This document shows positions 30,382 through 40,177 of a stretch of DNA of 64,000 nucleotides, piece after piece. Within the stretch, counting starts at the first letter, position 1; each line of letters opens with the position of its first letter. A program made the translations under genes and the position numbers. Source of the DNA: Gammaproteobacteria bacterium (GTDB taxonomy: Bacteria > Pseudomonadota > Gammaproteobacteria > JBCCGL01); NCBI GenBank assembly GCA_965277715.1, contig OZ255836.1, positions 3,744,001 through 3,808,000 of the forward strand. The letters run 5' to 3'. The notes under the pieces were generated by a model that did not search any database, was not told the DNA's origin, and was given only the letters and a program-made list of their open reading frames with translations.

Positions 30382-30666
30382 TTATTCATCTTCAAATACC
30401 GTAATAATAATAGCTTTACCCGTAGGGCCAAATTTGGTTATTACTACCACTTGTCTACCATCGATAGCATTTCCCCTTACCACGTATTTCCATTCCCCGG
30501 ATTTTTTGTCCTTTTGTCTTTCTACAATATCTCCATTAAGTACTGCTCTTTCCAGGTCGAAGATCGATAAATCGTCTTCTTCCAACTCTTCAACCGCGTG
30601 TACAGAAACCACATACTGGTTATGCCGGATACAATCCAGTAGCTTCTTTAAAATACGTAGATACAC
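30382..30666 (-). CDS. DUF4258 family toxin (RelE/MqsR-like)
   Basis: YVVSVHAVEE, AVLNGDIVE, KYVVRG, IITVF; directly upstream of the YgiT finger gene. Confidence 0.85.
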   Translation of the reverse strand: MYLRILKKLLDCIRHNQYVVSVHAVEELEEDDLSIFDLERAVLNGDIVERQKDKKSGEWKYVVRGNAIDGRQVVVITKFGPTGKAIIITVFEDE

Positions 30667-30855
30667 GTTCGTTGCTTCATTCTATACCATGAGTTTAGCA
30701 CCTGAAACATATTTACCAGACGCTTCATATTCACCCGTTACGTTCTGCGCATTATACCAACACCTTGTTCAAGTGAAAATTTTCTATCGTCGATGACCGA
30801 TAAATGGATAATCTATAGTACTCCCAGCGGTAACTAAGTTCTGCATAAATGATGT

Positions 30856-30883
30856 CGAAGAGGCTGGAAACCCAGCCTCTTCG
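30856..30883. terminator. Stem-loop after the primase remnant
   Basis: cgaagaggctgg-aaac-ccagcctcttcg. Confidence 0.55.
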
Positions 30884-30886
30884 CGT

Positions 30887-31222
30887 TCAGTGAGTAGTTT
30901 CTGCAAATCCCATCTTCCCGTAAAGATTAAGCACATCATTCCAGTCCCAGCTCTTTATGTTGGCCGTCATGGCCAAAGGTGGCAACAACACCTTCACCGT
31001 TATACCGTTTTCCTCAGCGCGGGTTTTTAGCACACCCGCTGCATTCAGTCCGGCATCGTTATGATCCAAATCTGCCCAAATAGGTGTCGGCTTTAACGTA
31101 ATCCCTCGACTTCGTAAATACTGCCGAGCTGGTTGGCACTTTGTGTGATATAGCGGTAGCGTTTCGCGCCAGGTACGATTCAAACGCCGTATCAACGCCC
31201 GGTCATCTACCGGTGATGACAC
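30887..31222 (-). pseudogene. Internally deleted phage/plasmid toprim primase fragment
   Basis: PARQYLRSRGI joined directly to IWADLD..AGLNAA...DWNDVL. Confidence 0.7.
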
Positions 31223-31225
31223 TTT

Positions 31226-32034
31226 GAAGCGTACTGACTACCCCGGTCAGTATGCCATAGCAACCTGGTTTTGGGTTTGCGTTGCCAAATAGCCATCATT
31301 AATGCTTCATTCACCAGGCTGGCTCTCATGTGTGATTTGATCGACCAGCCCACGATTTGGCGAGAGAACAGATCAATGACCACCGCCAGGTAAAGCCATC
31401 CTTGTGATGTCCAAAGATACGTGATATCACCGACATAACAACGATCAGGCTGTCCGGTGGTAAACGTTCTATTTAGAAGGTTAGGGGCAATGGGATTGGA
31501 ATGTTTTGAGTCTGTCGTCGCTTTGAACTTGCGTTTGGTAAGGCAGCAAAGCCCTGCCTGTACCAGTAAACGCCCTATTCGGCGACGACTGATACGAAGG
31601 CCTTCATTGGCAAATAAGCGTTGTAAACGTCGCGTACCCTAAGTACCTCGTCCCTGTTCAAAAAAACGCTTAGACGCTCTGTCAGACGCTGGTTTTCCTG
31701 ACTACGTACCGTGACACCTTGTTTTAACCAGGAGTAATAACCCCTACTGGAAACGTCCATAAAGCGACAAAGAGGTCGAACACCGTAGGTTGACTGATGT
31801 TGTGGTCTCCAGGCGTACTTCACTTTGTTCTCTGGCAAAGTACGCGGCCGCTTTTTTTAATAAATCCCGTTCCTCCTTCAAACGAATAGTTTCTTTTTTC
31901 AACCGTTTGGGTTCATCATACAAGTGTTCATTGGTTCGTCCATGACCACCCGTACCGGGTCGGTTCTATTTGCTAATCCAGGTAGGCAAAGTATTCTCAT
32001 TCACGCCCAGTTCACGTGCTGTTGTTGCAATAGT
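31226..32034 (-). mobile_element. Degenerate IS3-family element (orfA/orfB with frameshifts)
   Basis: ARELGVNENTL, KYAW..YGVRPLC, YVGDITYLWTSQGWLYLAVVIDLFSRQIVGW, HTDRGSQYAS; DNA similar to 58050-58350. Confidence 0.85.
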
Positions 32035-32145
32035 CGTGTAAAACTGCATTTTATACCGACGAGTTCGTCATGGTTAAATTTGGTTGAACGTTTTTTTGGC
32101 ACGAAAAAATATTCTTTTTCATAGCGATGTTTAGGACACTACAAT
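32035..32145 (+). pseudogene. IS630-family transposase 3' fragment
   Basis: RVKLHFIPTSSSWLNLVERFF, followed by an IS630-like end ttaggacactaca. Confidence 0.65.
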
Positions 32146-32239
32146 ATAAATCCTGAAAGAAAAATAAGCAGGTTTGCTTGATTTTTATATAAATCCCTAC
32201 TAAAGAATCATGATAACTAAACTAATAGGGGGATTAAAA

Positions 32240-34300
32240 ATGGTGAAACAAAACCACCAGGACAAGATAAATACAGGCCGTCGGGATTTCCTGGCTACCG
32301 CAGGTAGCATGGCACTTATGGCTGCCTTTCCACTCGTTCCTAGAGCAGCCATATCGGCCACGCACGGGGAACAAGCGCCTGCCGGGGCTAAGGTTCACCG
32401 CGTTGGGGTTTATCCTGCCATTGGTATCAGCCGTGTAGGCGGTAGCGATGATTATTTTCTTGCCCCTGAAGTGCCTGGTTTGCCACCCAAACCAGAAGGT
32501 GGCTTTAAAGACGGCACCGAAAAAATCAAGAAACAGGCGCAGCGATTCAGGGTCTACGCATTCGACGACCAGGACCGTATTATTGGTGAGATAACCGATA
32601 AACATAAAAAAACAAAAATTGAATGGCGTGTGCATTTAGCCAATACCAAAGCGGCATGGTATGGATTCAATAATCCACTGGATAATGGTCCAGCCGCCCC
32701 AGGGCTTCCTGGACAAAAAAGAAACCAATACTTTGTCTCTGATGAAGAGCGAGAGAAAATGCTCGTAATTAATGGTGGTGAGAAGACTATTTCAGGTCGT
32801 CACACCAATAAGCATGGCGAAGACGAGAATTACGCATTTTCCGGGACGTTTTGGGATAAGCAAACTGTCAAACTGGGGAAATTGATTACCGACCGAAAGG
32901 GGCGGTTAATTGTTGTTCCGCCAAATGGCATCTCCGAGAGCCCAAATAATACCGCGATTACCAGTTTTTCTGATAACGACGGCTGGCACGATGATTGGTG
33001 TGATGGCCCCGTTCAGGCAAGTGTTACATTTGAGGATGGTACAAAGATGGAAGCCGACACTGCCTGGATAGCGTGTATCGGGCCAAATTTTGCACCGGAA
33101 ATTCCGCCTGTCACAACCTTATACGATGTTATTTCTGATATGAATGTAACCGAAGGCTGGACGCCGGAAGTGGCGCCGCCTATCTCTTTTCGCAAGCATA
33201 TTTATCCCATATTTCACCGCCTTGCGCTAATGAAATGGGTAAGCTCAGCCGCCAATTTGCGCCAGGGTTGGTTAGATGTCGGTGATTTTTCTGATCCGGC
33301 CTATCTGAAAAAAATCGCCGATCCAAGTAAGAAAAACCTTCCCTTTAGGGAGGCTCTGTTTAAGAAATTTCGCAACCCCTACAATCACAGTCCTACTGCC
33401 TATCTGGATGAAAGATTAAAAATGCCGATGATGTTGGGCGATGGCATTAATTATGATGGCAGCCCGTTACAGTGGTTTCAATTCCCCAAGCAACAATATC
33501 AATTCTTACGCTATTGGGCTGAAGGGCGATTTACTGATGATATGGATGATGATAAAGCCAACAACATTAACGGGATTGACGATATTGATATAACGCTACA
33601 GCCAAATGCACTGACCGAAGCGGCGCTAGAACCCTGCTCGGGAGGCGCTTTCCATCCAGGTGTGGAACTAACCTATTATTTGAAAATTCCACAGATGTAC
33701 GCACGCGCTTATAACAAAAAGTCTGAAGCGTTTCGATTGGCCCACCACAAACGTGGCAAACTGGTGCAGAGTGTTGGTCGATTACTCACACTTGATAAGG
33801 CTCTTGAAGGCAATCCGGCCTTGGGTGTTACCCCGCCTCTAGGCCCTCAATGGGCAGGTGACCTGACTCGCTGGATGGGGCTTCCCTGGCAATGTGATGC
33901 CTTCAGCTGTCAACAGGTTCTGGTACAGGCAGATTTTCCAACGGCGGTGTGGTGGCCTGCACTCCTGCCCATCGATGTACTGCCAGAAGAAAATTATAAT
34001 CAATTAATGAGCGATAAACTCAAGGCGCCAGAGCGCGTAAAGTTCTACGAAAATCGCGTCGACTGGAAGCGCGGTGTCGCAGGTATCGGCTACCACGCCA
34101 ACGCCAGTTATTGGGACGGCATCACCAATATGATTGCGCTATGGGAAAGAATGGGCTTTGTGGTTAAACGCGAAGGGCCTGAATCTGCAGGCAAAGGCAA
34201 AATGGCCGCTGTACCAAAAGAAATGTATGTTGAAGTAGGCCGTGGAAATGTCGAGTACCGGTTCAAGTGGAAACCGTCCATGGGAGATCTACCAAACTGA
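32240..34300 (+). CDS. goxA: Tat-exported LodA/GoxA family CTQ-dependent oxidase (glycine oxidase-like)
   Basis: GRRDFL Tat motif; YPAIGISRVG, KKQAQRFRVY, HLANTKAAWY, NDGWHDD, GGAFHPG, PWQCDAFSC-x13-WWP. Confidence 0.85.
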   Translation: MVKQNHQDKINTGRRDFLATAGSMALMAAFPLVPRAAISATHGEQAPAGAKVHRVGVYPAIGISRVGGSDDYFLAPEVPGLPPKPEGGFKDGTEKIKKQAQRFRVYAFDDQDRIIGEITDKHKKTKIEWRVHLANTKAAWYGFNNPLDNGPAAPGLPGQKRNQYFVSDEEREKMLVINGGEKTISGRHTNKHGEDENYAFSGTFWDKQTVKLGKLITDRKGRLIVVPPNGISESPNNTAITSFSDNDGWHDDWCDGPVQASVTFEDGTKMEADTAWIACIGPNFAPEIPPVTTLYDVISDMNVTEGWTPEVAPPISFRKHIYPIFHRLALMKWVSSAANLRQGWLDVGDFSDPAYLKKIADPSKKNLPFREALFKKFRNPYNHSPTAYLDERLKMPMMLGDGINYDGSPLQWFQFPKQQYQFLRYWAEGRFTDDMDDDKANNINGIDDIDITLQPNALTEAALEPCSGGAFHPGVELTYYLKIPQMYARAYNKKSEAFRLAHHKRGKLVQSVGRLLTLDKALEGNPALGVTPPLGPQWAGDLTRWMGLPWQCDAFSCQQVLVQADFPTAVWWPALLPIDVLPEENYNQLMSDKLKAPERVKFYENRVDWKRGVAGIGYHANASYWDGITNMIALWERMGFVVKREGPESAGKGKMAAVPKEMYVEVGRGNVEYRFKWKPSMGDLPN

Positions 34301-35397
34301 ACAGCAACATCCACGAGGTGGTTGTTATTGGAGGGGGTATCGCCGCCACTTGTGCGGTGGTATCACTTGCACAGGCCGGGATTAAAAGTCTTTGGTTAAG
34401 CCCCGCTTTCGTTGATCAGCAACACCGGGTAGGCGAATCACTTGCGCCAGCGGCCAATACTCTGTTGGCCGGGTTAGGCTTGTCGGGGTTACTGGATAAG
34501 CCCGCACACCGCCATTCCAACTCGCTGTTTTCAGCCTGGGGACAGGCACTTTTGGTTGAGCGCAATGCGGCTATTCACCTGGAAGGTGCGGGGCATGTCA
34601 TCGACCGCAATCAATTTGAAAAAGATTTGTATCAACGCGCCAGCGAGGTATGCGCACAATTTATTGAGGGAAATGTAAAAAGCTATTCAGTTGAGTCAGG
34701 TGTCTGGCATTTACTCACCGAACAATCGGTAAAAATTCGCAGCCGTTTTTTAATCGATGCAACCGGGCGTGCGCAAAAGATTGGTAAATCTTTTTCGACA
34801 TCCCATACACAGGATCACCTGATCGCTGCGTACTGCTTTCTTAAGCAAAGAAAAAATAGCCAGGTACACGTTACACCTGCCACCCTTATTGAAACTGTCG
34901 AAACCGGGTGGTGGTATGCTTCACTGCTCTCCAGTGGAGAGCTCACGCTTAATTACTACACTGATCCCGATTTAATACCGAAAAAAATTACGACCAGCCT
35001 TGAAAATTGGTTGGCACTAATTGCTCAAACACAGCATATAGCCTATTGGCTGGATGATGCAGAGTTTACCGTTGATTCACCAGCAAAAATAAGCAGTGCC
35101 GCCAGCCGCTGGTTAACACCTGCCGCTGGTATAGAGCAGAAAGCCGCCTGGGCGGCTATCGGCGATGCGGCAGCTTCCTTTGATCCACTGTCTGCGCATG
35201 GTATGACAACAGCATTATGGGCGGCAACGCGTATGCCAGAATTAGTGAAAAAAGCGCACGTACAGGACTATCAGCCTTTGCACGATTATGCCGATGCTGT
35301 CGATAAAGGCGTTCGAGCGTTTCTCGACCAACGAAAAACCATGTACCAGCAGGAAACCCGATATGCGCAAGCCCCTTTCTGGGTGCGGCGTCAATAG
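34267..35397 (+). CDS. goxB: LodB/GoxB flavoprotein for CTQ biosynthesis
   Basis: VIGGGIA, VGESLAP, IDATGR, GWWY, IGDAAASFDPLSAHG; coupled to the LodA-like gene. Confidence 0.85.
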   Translation: METVHGRSTKLNSNIHEVVVIGGGIAATCAVVSLAQAGIKSLWLSPAFVDQQHRVGESLAPAANTLLAGLGLSGLLDKPAHRHSNSLFSAWGQALLVERNAAIHLEGAGHVIDRNQFEKDLYQRASEVCAQFIEGNVKSYSVESGVWHLLTEQSVKIRSRFLIDATGRAQKIGKSFSTSHTQDHLIAAYCFLKQRKNSQVHVTPATLIETVETGWWYASLLSSGELTLNYYTDPDLIPKKITTSLENWLALIAQTQHIAYWLDDAEFTVDSPAKISSAASRWLTPAAGIEQKAAWAAIGDAAASFDPLSAHGMTTALWAATRMPELVKKAHVQDYQPLHDYADAVDKGVRAFLDQRKTMYQQETRYAQAPFWVRRQ

Positions 35398-35678
35398 TGT
35401 TTTTGTGATTGTATGAGGGCGGTTGGTTTTTAGCAAAAAAGTGACGCGTTGCTCTTGCCGGGTTAAATCAATTTTCTTCTGTTCCAATAGTTGCTGGATC
35501 AGTGTTCTTATCAGAAAAAATGCGTATGAATTTTTCTAAAACGGCAAATCAGTTCGCGCATTTTATGGGTTGAACTGCACTCGCCCTATTCGCCACGGCT
35601 TTATGTGATTAGTGCTATACGTAATAATAACGTCCCTGGTAGAATGTCTTGTTAACCATCAGCTTAGGAGTTGGAAGT

Positions 35679-36548
35679 ATGAAAATAGAAGCAATGATTG
35701 TTTTGGCAGTAACCGTATTATTGCCCGTGCACGCTAATACAAAAGAGAGCAATCACGACGCATATGAAGCGGTCCCTGATAAAGTTATATCTGAACAAAG
35801 AGCCAAGCTCGCAGCCGCGACAAAAGGCAAAGGGTTTGGCCCTCAATCCCCTCGGGATATTGATGCAGTGGCAGGCAGTAACACACGATTGTTTAGCGCT
35901 GCACCGTCATCTACAGAAATGAATCTTTGCAATATCCATTTTCACAAAAGTGCTGAGCATAAAGGCGGCGAGTTTACAAAATATGCAGGTAATGGCGATG
36001 GACACGGGTTCCAAAGTGGCTATGAGTATTCAGGTAAATTGAGTGCTTCAGAGCTTAAGCCAGTAGAGCAGGGTATTTGCCCAGGCAAGCACGGTGCTTT
36101 AAATGCGGGGGATACTATCGAAGCTCACTATGTCTACTCAACCGCTCAGGTTAAACCAGGCCCTACACTGGGTTCGTGCCTAAGCGATGCGATCAATAAC
36201 CCTCAGTTGCGCGTAGAAGCACAAGTGTATGTTTTAGTGAATGATAAAAAAGCCCTTAATTTCGGCGACTTAGCCCAATACGGAAAAAAGAATGGTTTAT
36301 ATCAGGCAGTGAATATACCAGGCAATACAGGTACACCTATCCAGTATGCCGGGTCTACTACAGGCCCGGGTTACAATGAAAAAGGTTCTCCATTTCAAGT
36401 GACGTGGCGTGTGCGGCCTAATGTAGCCAAAGTGAATCTTGAAAGTGTTGGCAAATGGTGTGAAGGCAATGTATTTGATGAAGATCACGCGCATGGTGTA
36501 AGAAATCTTGTTATCAACCTTGATCTTCTTTCAAAAATTGACCATTAA
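35679..36548 (+). CDS. Secreted delta-class carbonic anhydrase
   Basis: Signal peptide; GPQSPRDID, NLCNIHFHKSAEHK, DTIEAHYVYS, YAGSTTG, EDHAHGVR. Confidence 0.8.
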   Translation: MKIEAMIVLAVTVLLPVHANTKESNHDAYEAVPDKVISEQRAKLAAATKGKGFGPQSPRDIDAVAGSNTRLFSAAPSSTEMNLCNIHFHKSAEHKGGEFTKYAGNGDGHGFQSGYEYSGKLSASELKPVEQGICPGKHGALNAGDTIEAHYVYSTAQVKPGPTLGSCLSDAINNPQLRVEAQVYVLVNDKKALNFGDLAQYGKKNGLYQAVNIPGNTGTPIQYAGSTTGPGYNEKGSPFQVTWRVRPNVAKVNLESVGKWCEGNVFDEDHAHGVRNLVINLDLLSKIDH

Positions 36549-36602
36549 GTGATAGCCAATATGCTCTTACATACATAGGCACTAACGAGGGAAATTTATT
36601 CG

Positions 36603-36635
36603 GGCCACCCAAGGTTTCACCAGATTTGGGTGGCC
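36603..36635. terminator. Stem-loop downstream of delta-CA
   Basis: ggccacccaa / ttgggtggcc inverted repeat. Confidence 0.5.
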
Positions 36636-36770
36636 TGGTAAACTAAAAAGGATAAGCACTATAAAAAGCAGCACAAGCGCAATCTGACAATGGAAAATAA
36701 TATTCAGAGTCGCTGAGTTTTGTTTTAGTGAAAATTATTTTTTCAGGAAAAGCAAAAATAACCTACTGTG

Positions 36771-36905
36771 ACTAGTGCAATCAGGCACCTCGGGCCTGTT
36801 GGCGATACCAGCGCGAATGGGGTTGGGATCGACATAGATCATATTGACCAATCACGATTCTTCAGAGTGCAGTGCTTGTGATTTAAACCGTTGCCACACA
36901 AACCA
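36771..36905 (-). pseudogene. REP-associated tyrosine transposase (RAYT/Y1) fragment
   Basis: WQRFKSQALHSEES*LVNMIYVDPNPIRAGIANRPEVPDCTS matches the RFKSQAL...YVDLNPIRAG motif. Confidence 0.7.
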
Positions 36906-36962
36906 CCACACAGTGATACACTGCGCGCCGACAAACCAGGCCCGTTCGATACGCGAATCCAC

Positions 36963-38540
36963 TTGAGCAATAACACACACAATCCCCCTAAAGGCGGCCT
37001 GGTACGCTCTGGCATGGTTGTCAGTGCAATGACTTTTCTCTCGCGGATTCTCGGTTTTGTCCGCGATCAGGTGTTTGCCATTGTGTTCGGTGCCGGGCCG
37101 CTGACGGATGCGTTTGTGGTCGCTTTTAAAATCCCCAACTTTTTCCGGCGCCTGTTTGGCGAGGGGGCGTTTGCCCAGGCGTTTGTGCCGGTTTTCACTG
37201 AATACAAAGAAAAGCGCGATGCCGCTGCACTGCGCGATTTGGCCGCGCATATCTCCGGCACGCTGGGCGGTGTGTTGCTCTTGATTACCACCGTTGGTGT
37301 CGCTGCCGCGCCGCTGTTGATTATGTTATTCGCCCCTGGGTTTGTCGATGATGCTGCGCGTTATGATCTGGCTGTCGATATGCTGCGCTTGACCTTTCCC
37401 TATTTACTGTTTATTTCACTGGTCGCCTATGCCGGTGGGATTTTGAACAGCCACGGGAAATTTGCGATACCTGCGGTTACACCGGTGTTGCTGAATGTCT
37501 GCCTGATTACTGCCACTGTATCGTTTGCCGACCGCACCGAGCCGCCGATTATGGCGGTGGCATTTGGGGTGTTTGTCGCCGGGTTGGTGCAGCTACTGTT
37601 TCAACTGCCGTTTTTAATGCAGTTAAAACTGTTGCCACGGCCACGCTGGCAGTGGCAACACAGTGGTGTGCAGAGGATTTTCAAGCTGATGTTGCCCGCT
37701 ATCTTTGGCTCTTCCGTGGCACAAATCAGTGTGTTGCTGGATACGGTGCTGGCCTCGTTTTTAATCACAGGCAGCGTTTCCTGGCTGTATTTCTCTGATC
37801 GTTTGGTGGAGTTCCCACTGGGTATATTTGGTGTGGCGCTGGCCACAGTGATATTGCCGAGGCTGTCACAACAACACACACAATCAGCGACGGCGGCATT
37901 CAATCACACGCTGGATAATGCCCTGCGGTTGGGGCTGTTGATCAGCCTGCCCTCGGCGCTTGGGCTGCTGGTGCTCGCTGTACCGATGCTGACTACGCTG
38001 TTTCAATACGGCGCTTTTTCCGCACACGATACGTTAATGTCCTCGCTTAGCTTAATGGCGTACTCACTGGCACTGCCGGCCTTTGTGTTAATTAAAATTT
38101 TTGCGCCCGGGTTTTTTGCCCGCCAGGATACCGCCACGCCGGTGAGGATTGGCGTGAAAGCACTGTTGATAAAAATGCTGTTGAGTGTGGCGATTGTTGT
38201 GCCGATGGTTGTGTACAACTACGCGGCACCCCATGTTGGCCTGGCGCTGTCGACCACACTGTTTGCCTGGATTCACGCCGCTATGCTGTACAAAGGGCTG
38301 TGCGCTCACGCGGTGTATGCACCGGGTGCTGGCTGGGGGCGTTTCTCGGTACAGATTGGCGTGGCGCTGCTGTCGATGGGATTGGTGTTGTACAGTGTGT
38401 TGCCTGACCCGGATTATTGGTCGGCCGCCGTTTATTGGCAGCGTGCGCTCAGTCTTATAGGGATTATCGGCGCTGCCGGGTGTCTATACGCGGCTGTTCT
38501 GTATTTGATGGGCTTGCGTCCACGCCACTTCACACACTAA
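36963..38540 (+). CDS. murJ: Lipid II flippase
   Basis: LSRILGFVRD, FKIPNFFRRLFGEGAF, DRLVEFPLG; start uncertain. Confidence 0.95.
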   Translation: MSNNTHNPPKGGLVRSGMVVSAMTFLSRILGFVRDQVFAIVFGAGPLTDAFVVAFKIPNFFRRLFGEGAFAQAFVPVFTEYKEKRDAAALRDLAAHISGTLGGVLLLITTVGVAAAPLLIMLFAPGFVDDAARYDLAVDMLRLTFPYLLFISLVAYAGGILNSHGKFAIPAVTPVLLNVCLITATVSFADRTEPPIMAVAFGVFVAGLVQLLFQLPFLMQLKLLPRPRWQWQHSGVQRIFKLMLPAIFGSSVAQISVLLDTVLASFLITGSVSWLYFSDRLVEFPLGIFGVALATVILPRLSQQHTQSATAAFNHTLDNALRLGLLISLPSALGLLVLAVPMLTTLFQYGAFSAHDTLMSSLSLMAYSLALPAFVLIKIFAPGFFARQDTATPVRIGVKALLIKMLLSVAIVVPMVVYNYAAPHVGLALSTTLFAWIHAAMLYKGLCAHAVYAPGAGWGRFSVQIGVALLSMGLVLYSVLPDPDYWSAAVYWQRALSLIGIIGAAGCLYAAVLYLMGLRPRHFTH

Positions 38541-38551
38541 TCTCTACCCCT

Positions 38552-39490
38552 ATGGAACTGATTCGCGGAACCCACAACCTACGCGCCCACCACCGTGGCT
38601 GTGTGGTAACTATTGGCAATTTCGACGGGGTGCACCACGGTCACTGTGCCGTGCTCGACGGCCTGAAAAAACGGGCCAACGCACTGTGTGTACCCACCTG
38701 TGTGATGACTTTTGAGCCACTGCCGCTGGAATATTTTGCACGTGACAAAGCCCCTGTGCGCTTAATGGGGTTTCGCAGCAAATACCAGCGTTTGCAGGCA
38801 CTAGGTATTGACCGTTTGTTCGTATTAGCATTTAACCACCGTTTGGCCAACAGCTCGGCGGAGGATTTTATTAACGAGATATTGGTCGATGGGCTGGGCG
38901 TCCAGCATATTGTTATCGGTGACGATTTTCGCTTTGGCCATCAACGGCGTGGCGATTTCGCTATGCTGCAAGCACACGGTGATGTCCATCACTTCAGTGT
39001 CGAGCCAACCGGTACTTACCGTCAGGATGCGCAGCGCATTAGCAGCACGCGCATTCGCGAGGTATTGTCGCAGGGTGACCTGGCATTGGCGACCCGGCTA
39101 CTCGGTGAGCCGTTTAGTATTGAAGGCCGGGTGATTCACGGTGACAAACGGGGCCGCACGATAGGTTACCCCACGGCGAATGTTCACCTGCACCGCCAGC
39201 ATATGCCGTTGCAGGGGGTTTTTGTGGTCGAGGCGGTCTGTGCTGATGGCCGGCGTTATAAGGGCATGGCCAATCTTGGCACCCGCCCCACTATCGACGA
39301 TAGCGAACGGGTTTCTCTGGAAGTGAATCTATTCGATTTTGCCGGGGATATTTATGGCCAGCGGCTGCGGGTCATTTTTTACCACTACATTCGGGGCATC
39401 CTAAAATACGATTCGCTCGAAGCCCTGACCGGAGCCATCGCTGAGGATGAACGTATATCGCGGCGTTTTTTTGCTGAACAAGCCCATTAG
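38552..39490 (+). CDS. ribF: Riboflavin kinase/FAD synthetase
   Basis: TIGNFDGVHHGH, GDDFRFG, ISSTRIR, GRTIGYPTAN, GTRPT. Confidence 0.97.
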   Translation: MELIRGTHNLRAHHRGCVVTIGNFDGVHHGHCAVLDGLKKRANALCVPTCVMTFEPLPLEYFARDKAPVRLMGFRSKYQRLQALGIDRLFVLAFNHRLANSSAEDFINEILVDGLGVQHIVIGDDFRFGHQRRGDFAMLQAHGDVHHFSVEPTGTYRQDAQRISSTRIREVLSQGDLALATRLLGEPFSIEGRVIHGDKRGRTIGYPTANVHLHRQHMPLQGVFVVEAVCADGRRYKGMANLGTRPTIDDSERVSLEVNLFDFAGDIYGQRLRVIFYHYIRGILKYDSLEALTGAIAEDERISRRFFAEQAH

Positions 39491-39570
39491 ATACGTCGCA
39501 GCCAACGCAAAACGCGTCGCTGATACGGGCTTGTCTGTACACTGTTCTCACTTACACTTTTAGCTTCACG

Positions 39571-39750
39571 CGATGGTTCTGGCGGGTTTTAAACCTGTCA
39601 GGTAAATGGGAATCTGCACAGTGTGCCAATACTGAAGCAGAGCTGCCCCCGCAACTGTAAACGGCGAGTTGTTAGCGAATAGCCACTGGTGTTCTGTACA
39701 CCGGGAAGGGCGTTAGCGATAAAGACCCGCAGCCAGGAAACCAGCCATCG
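39571..39750 (+). promoter_or_regulatory. Cobalamin riboswitch
   Basis: P1 cgatgg/ccatcg; aatgggaa; ctgcccccgcaactgtaa; gccactg...cgggaagg; B12-box agccaggaaaccagccat. Confidence 0.92.
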
Positions 39751-39847
39751 GCTTTCAATCCACATTAAGGGTGCCGAAAACGTTGCGCGTGCAGGTGTTT
39801 TCCAACCCTTCTATTGTACGACCGGGGTGTGTCGTCGAGGTAAGCTT

Positions 39848-40177
39848 ATGACTGCGTTTAAACTGTATCGAAATCTGTTTATGCACCCAAACTGTGATGC
39901 CCAAAAAATTATCTATTACGCGCTGACCAGTGACGACTTGCACCAGCATGCGCCACGGCAGATTTTAATGTCGTGGATTATGGATTTACCCCAAAATCTC
40001 GACCCGGCGGCGGCGGCCAAAACACTGATCGAAACCTATACGCAGCACCCCGGTTTGGTGCAGGGCGAAGCGCAAAAGGAATTGTTGACGCTGCTGTATG
40101 AGGTCAGTGTTTCAGACCCCAAAAAACAGAAACGCGGGCATGCTTCGGGGCGCAGGCGGCGAAGCTGGCGCAGTTAA
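39848..40177 (+). CDS. Hypothetical protein (109 aa) behind the B12 riboswitch
   Basis: SD gaggt then ATG 39848; helical; Arg-rich tail GRRRRSWRS. Confidence 0.75.
   Translation: MTAFKLYRNLFMHPNCDAQKIIYYALTSDDLHQHAPRQILMSWIMDLPQNLDPAAAAKTLIETYTQHPGLVQGEAQKELLTLLYEVSVSDPKKQKRGHASGRRRRSWRS

Noticed and set aside
29290-30800. Integron cassette array (co-oriented small AT-rich genes, TA pair)
   Set aside because: No convincing paired RYYYAAC/GTTRRRY attC sites and no integrase found
39689-39847. N-terminal 53 codons of the 162-aa ORF call
   Set aside because: Overlaps the riboswitch and expression platform; the SD points to ATG 39848
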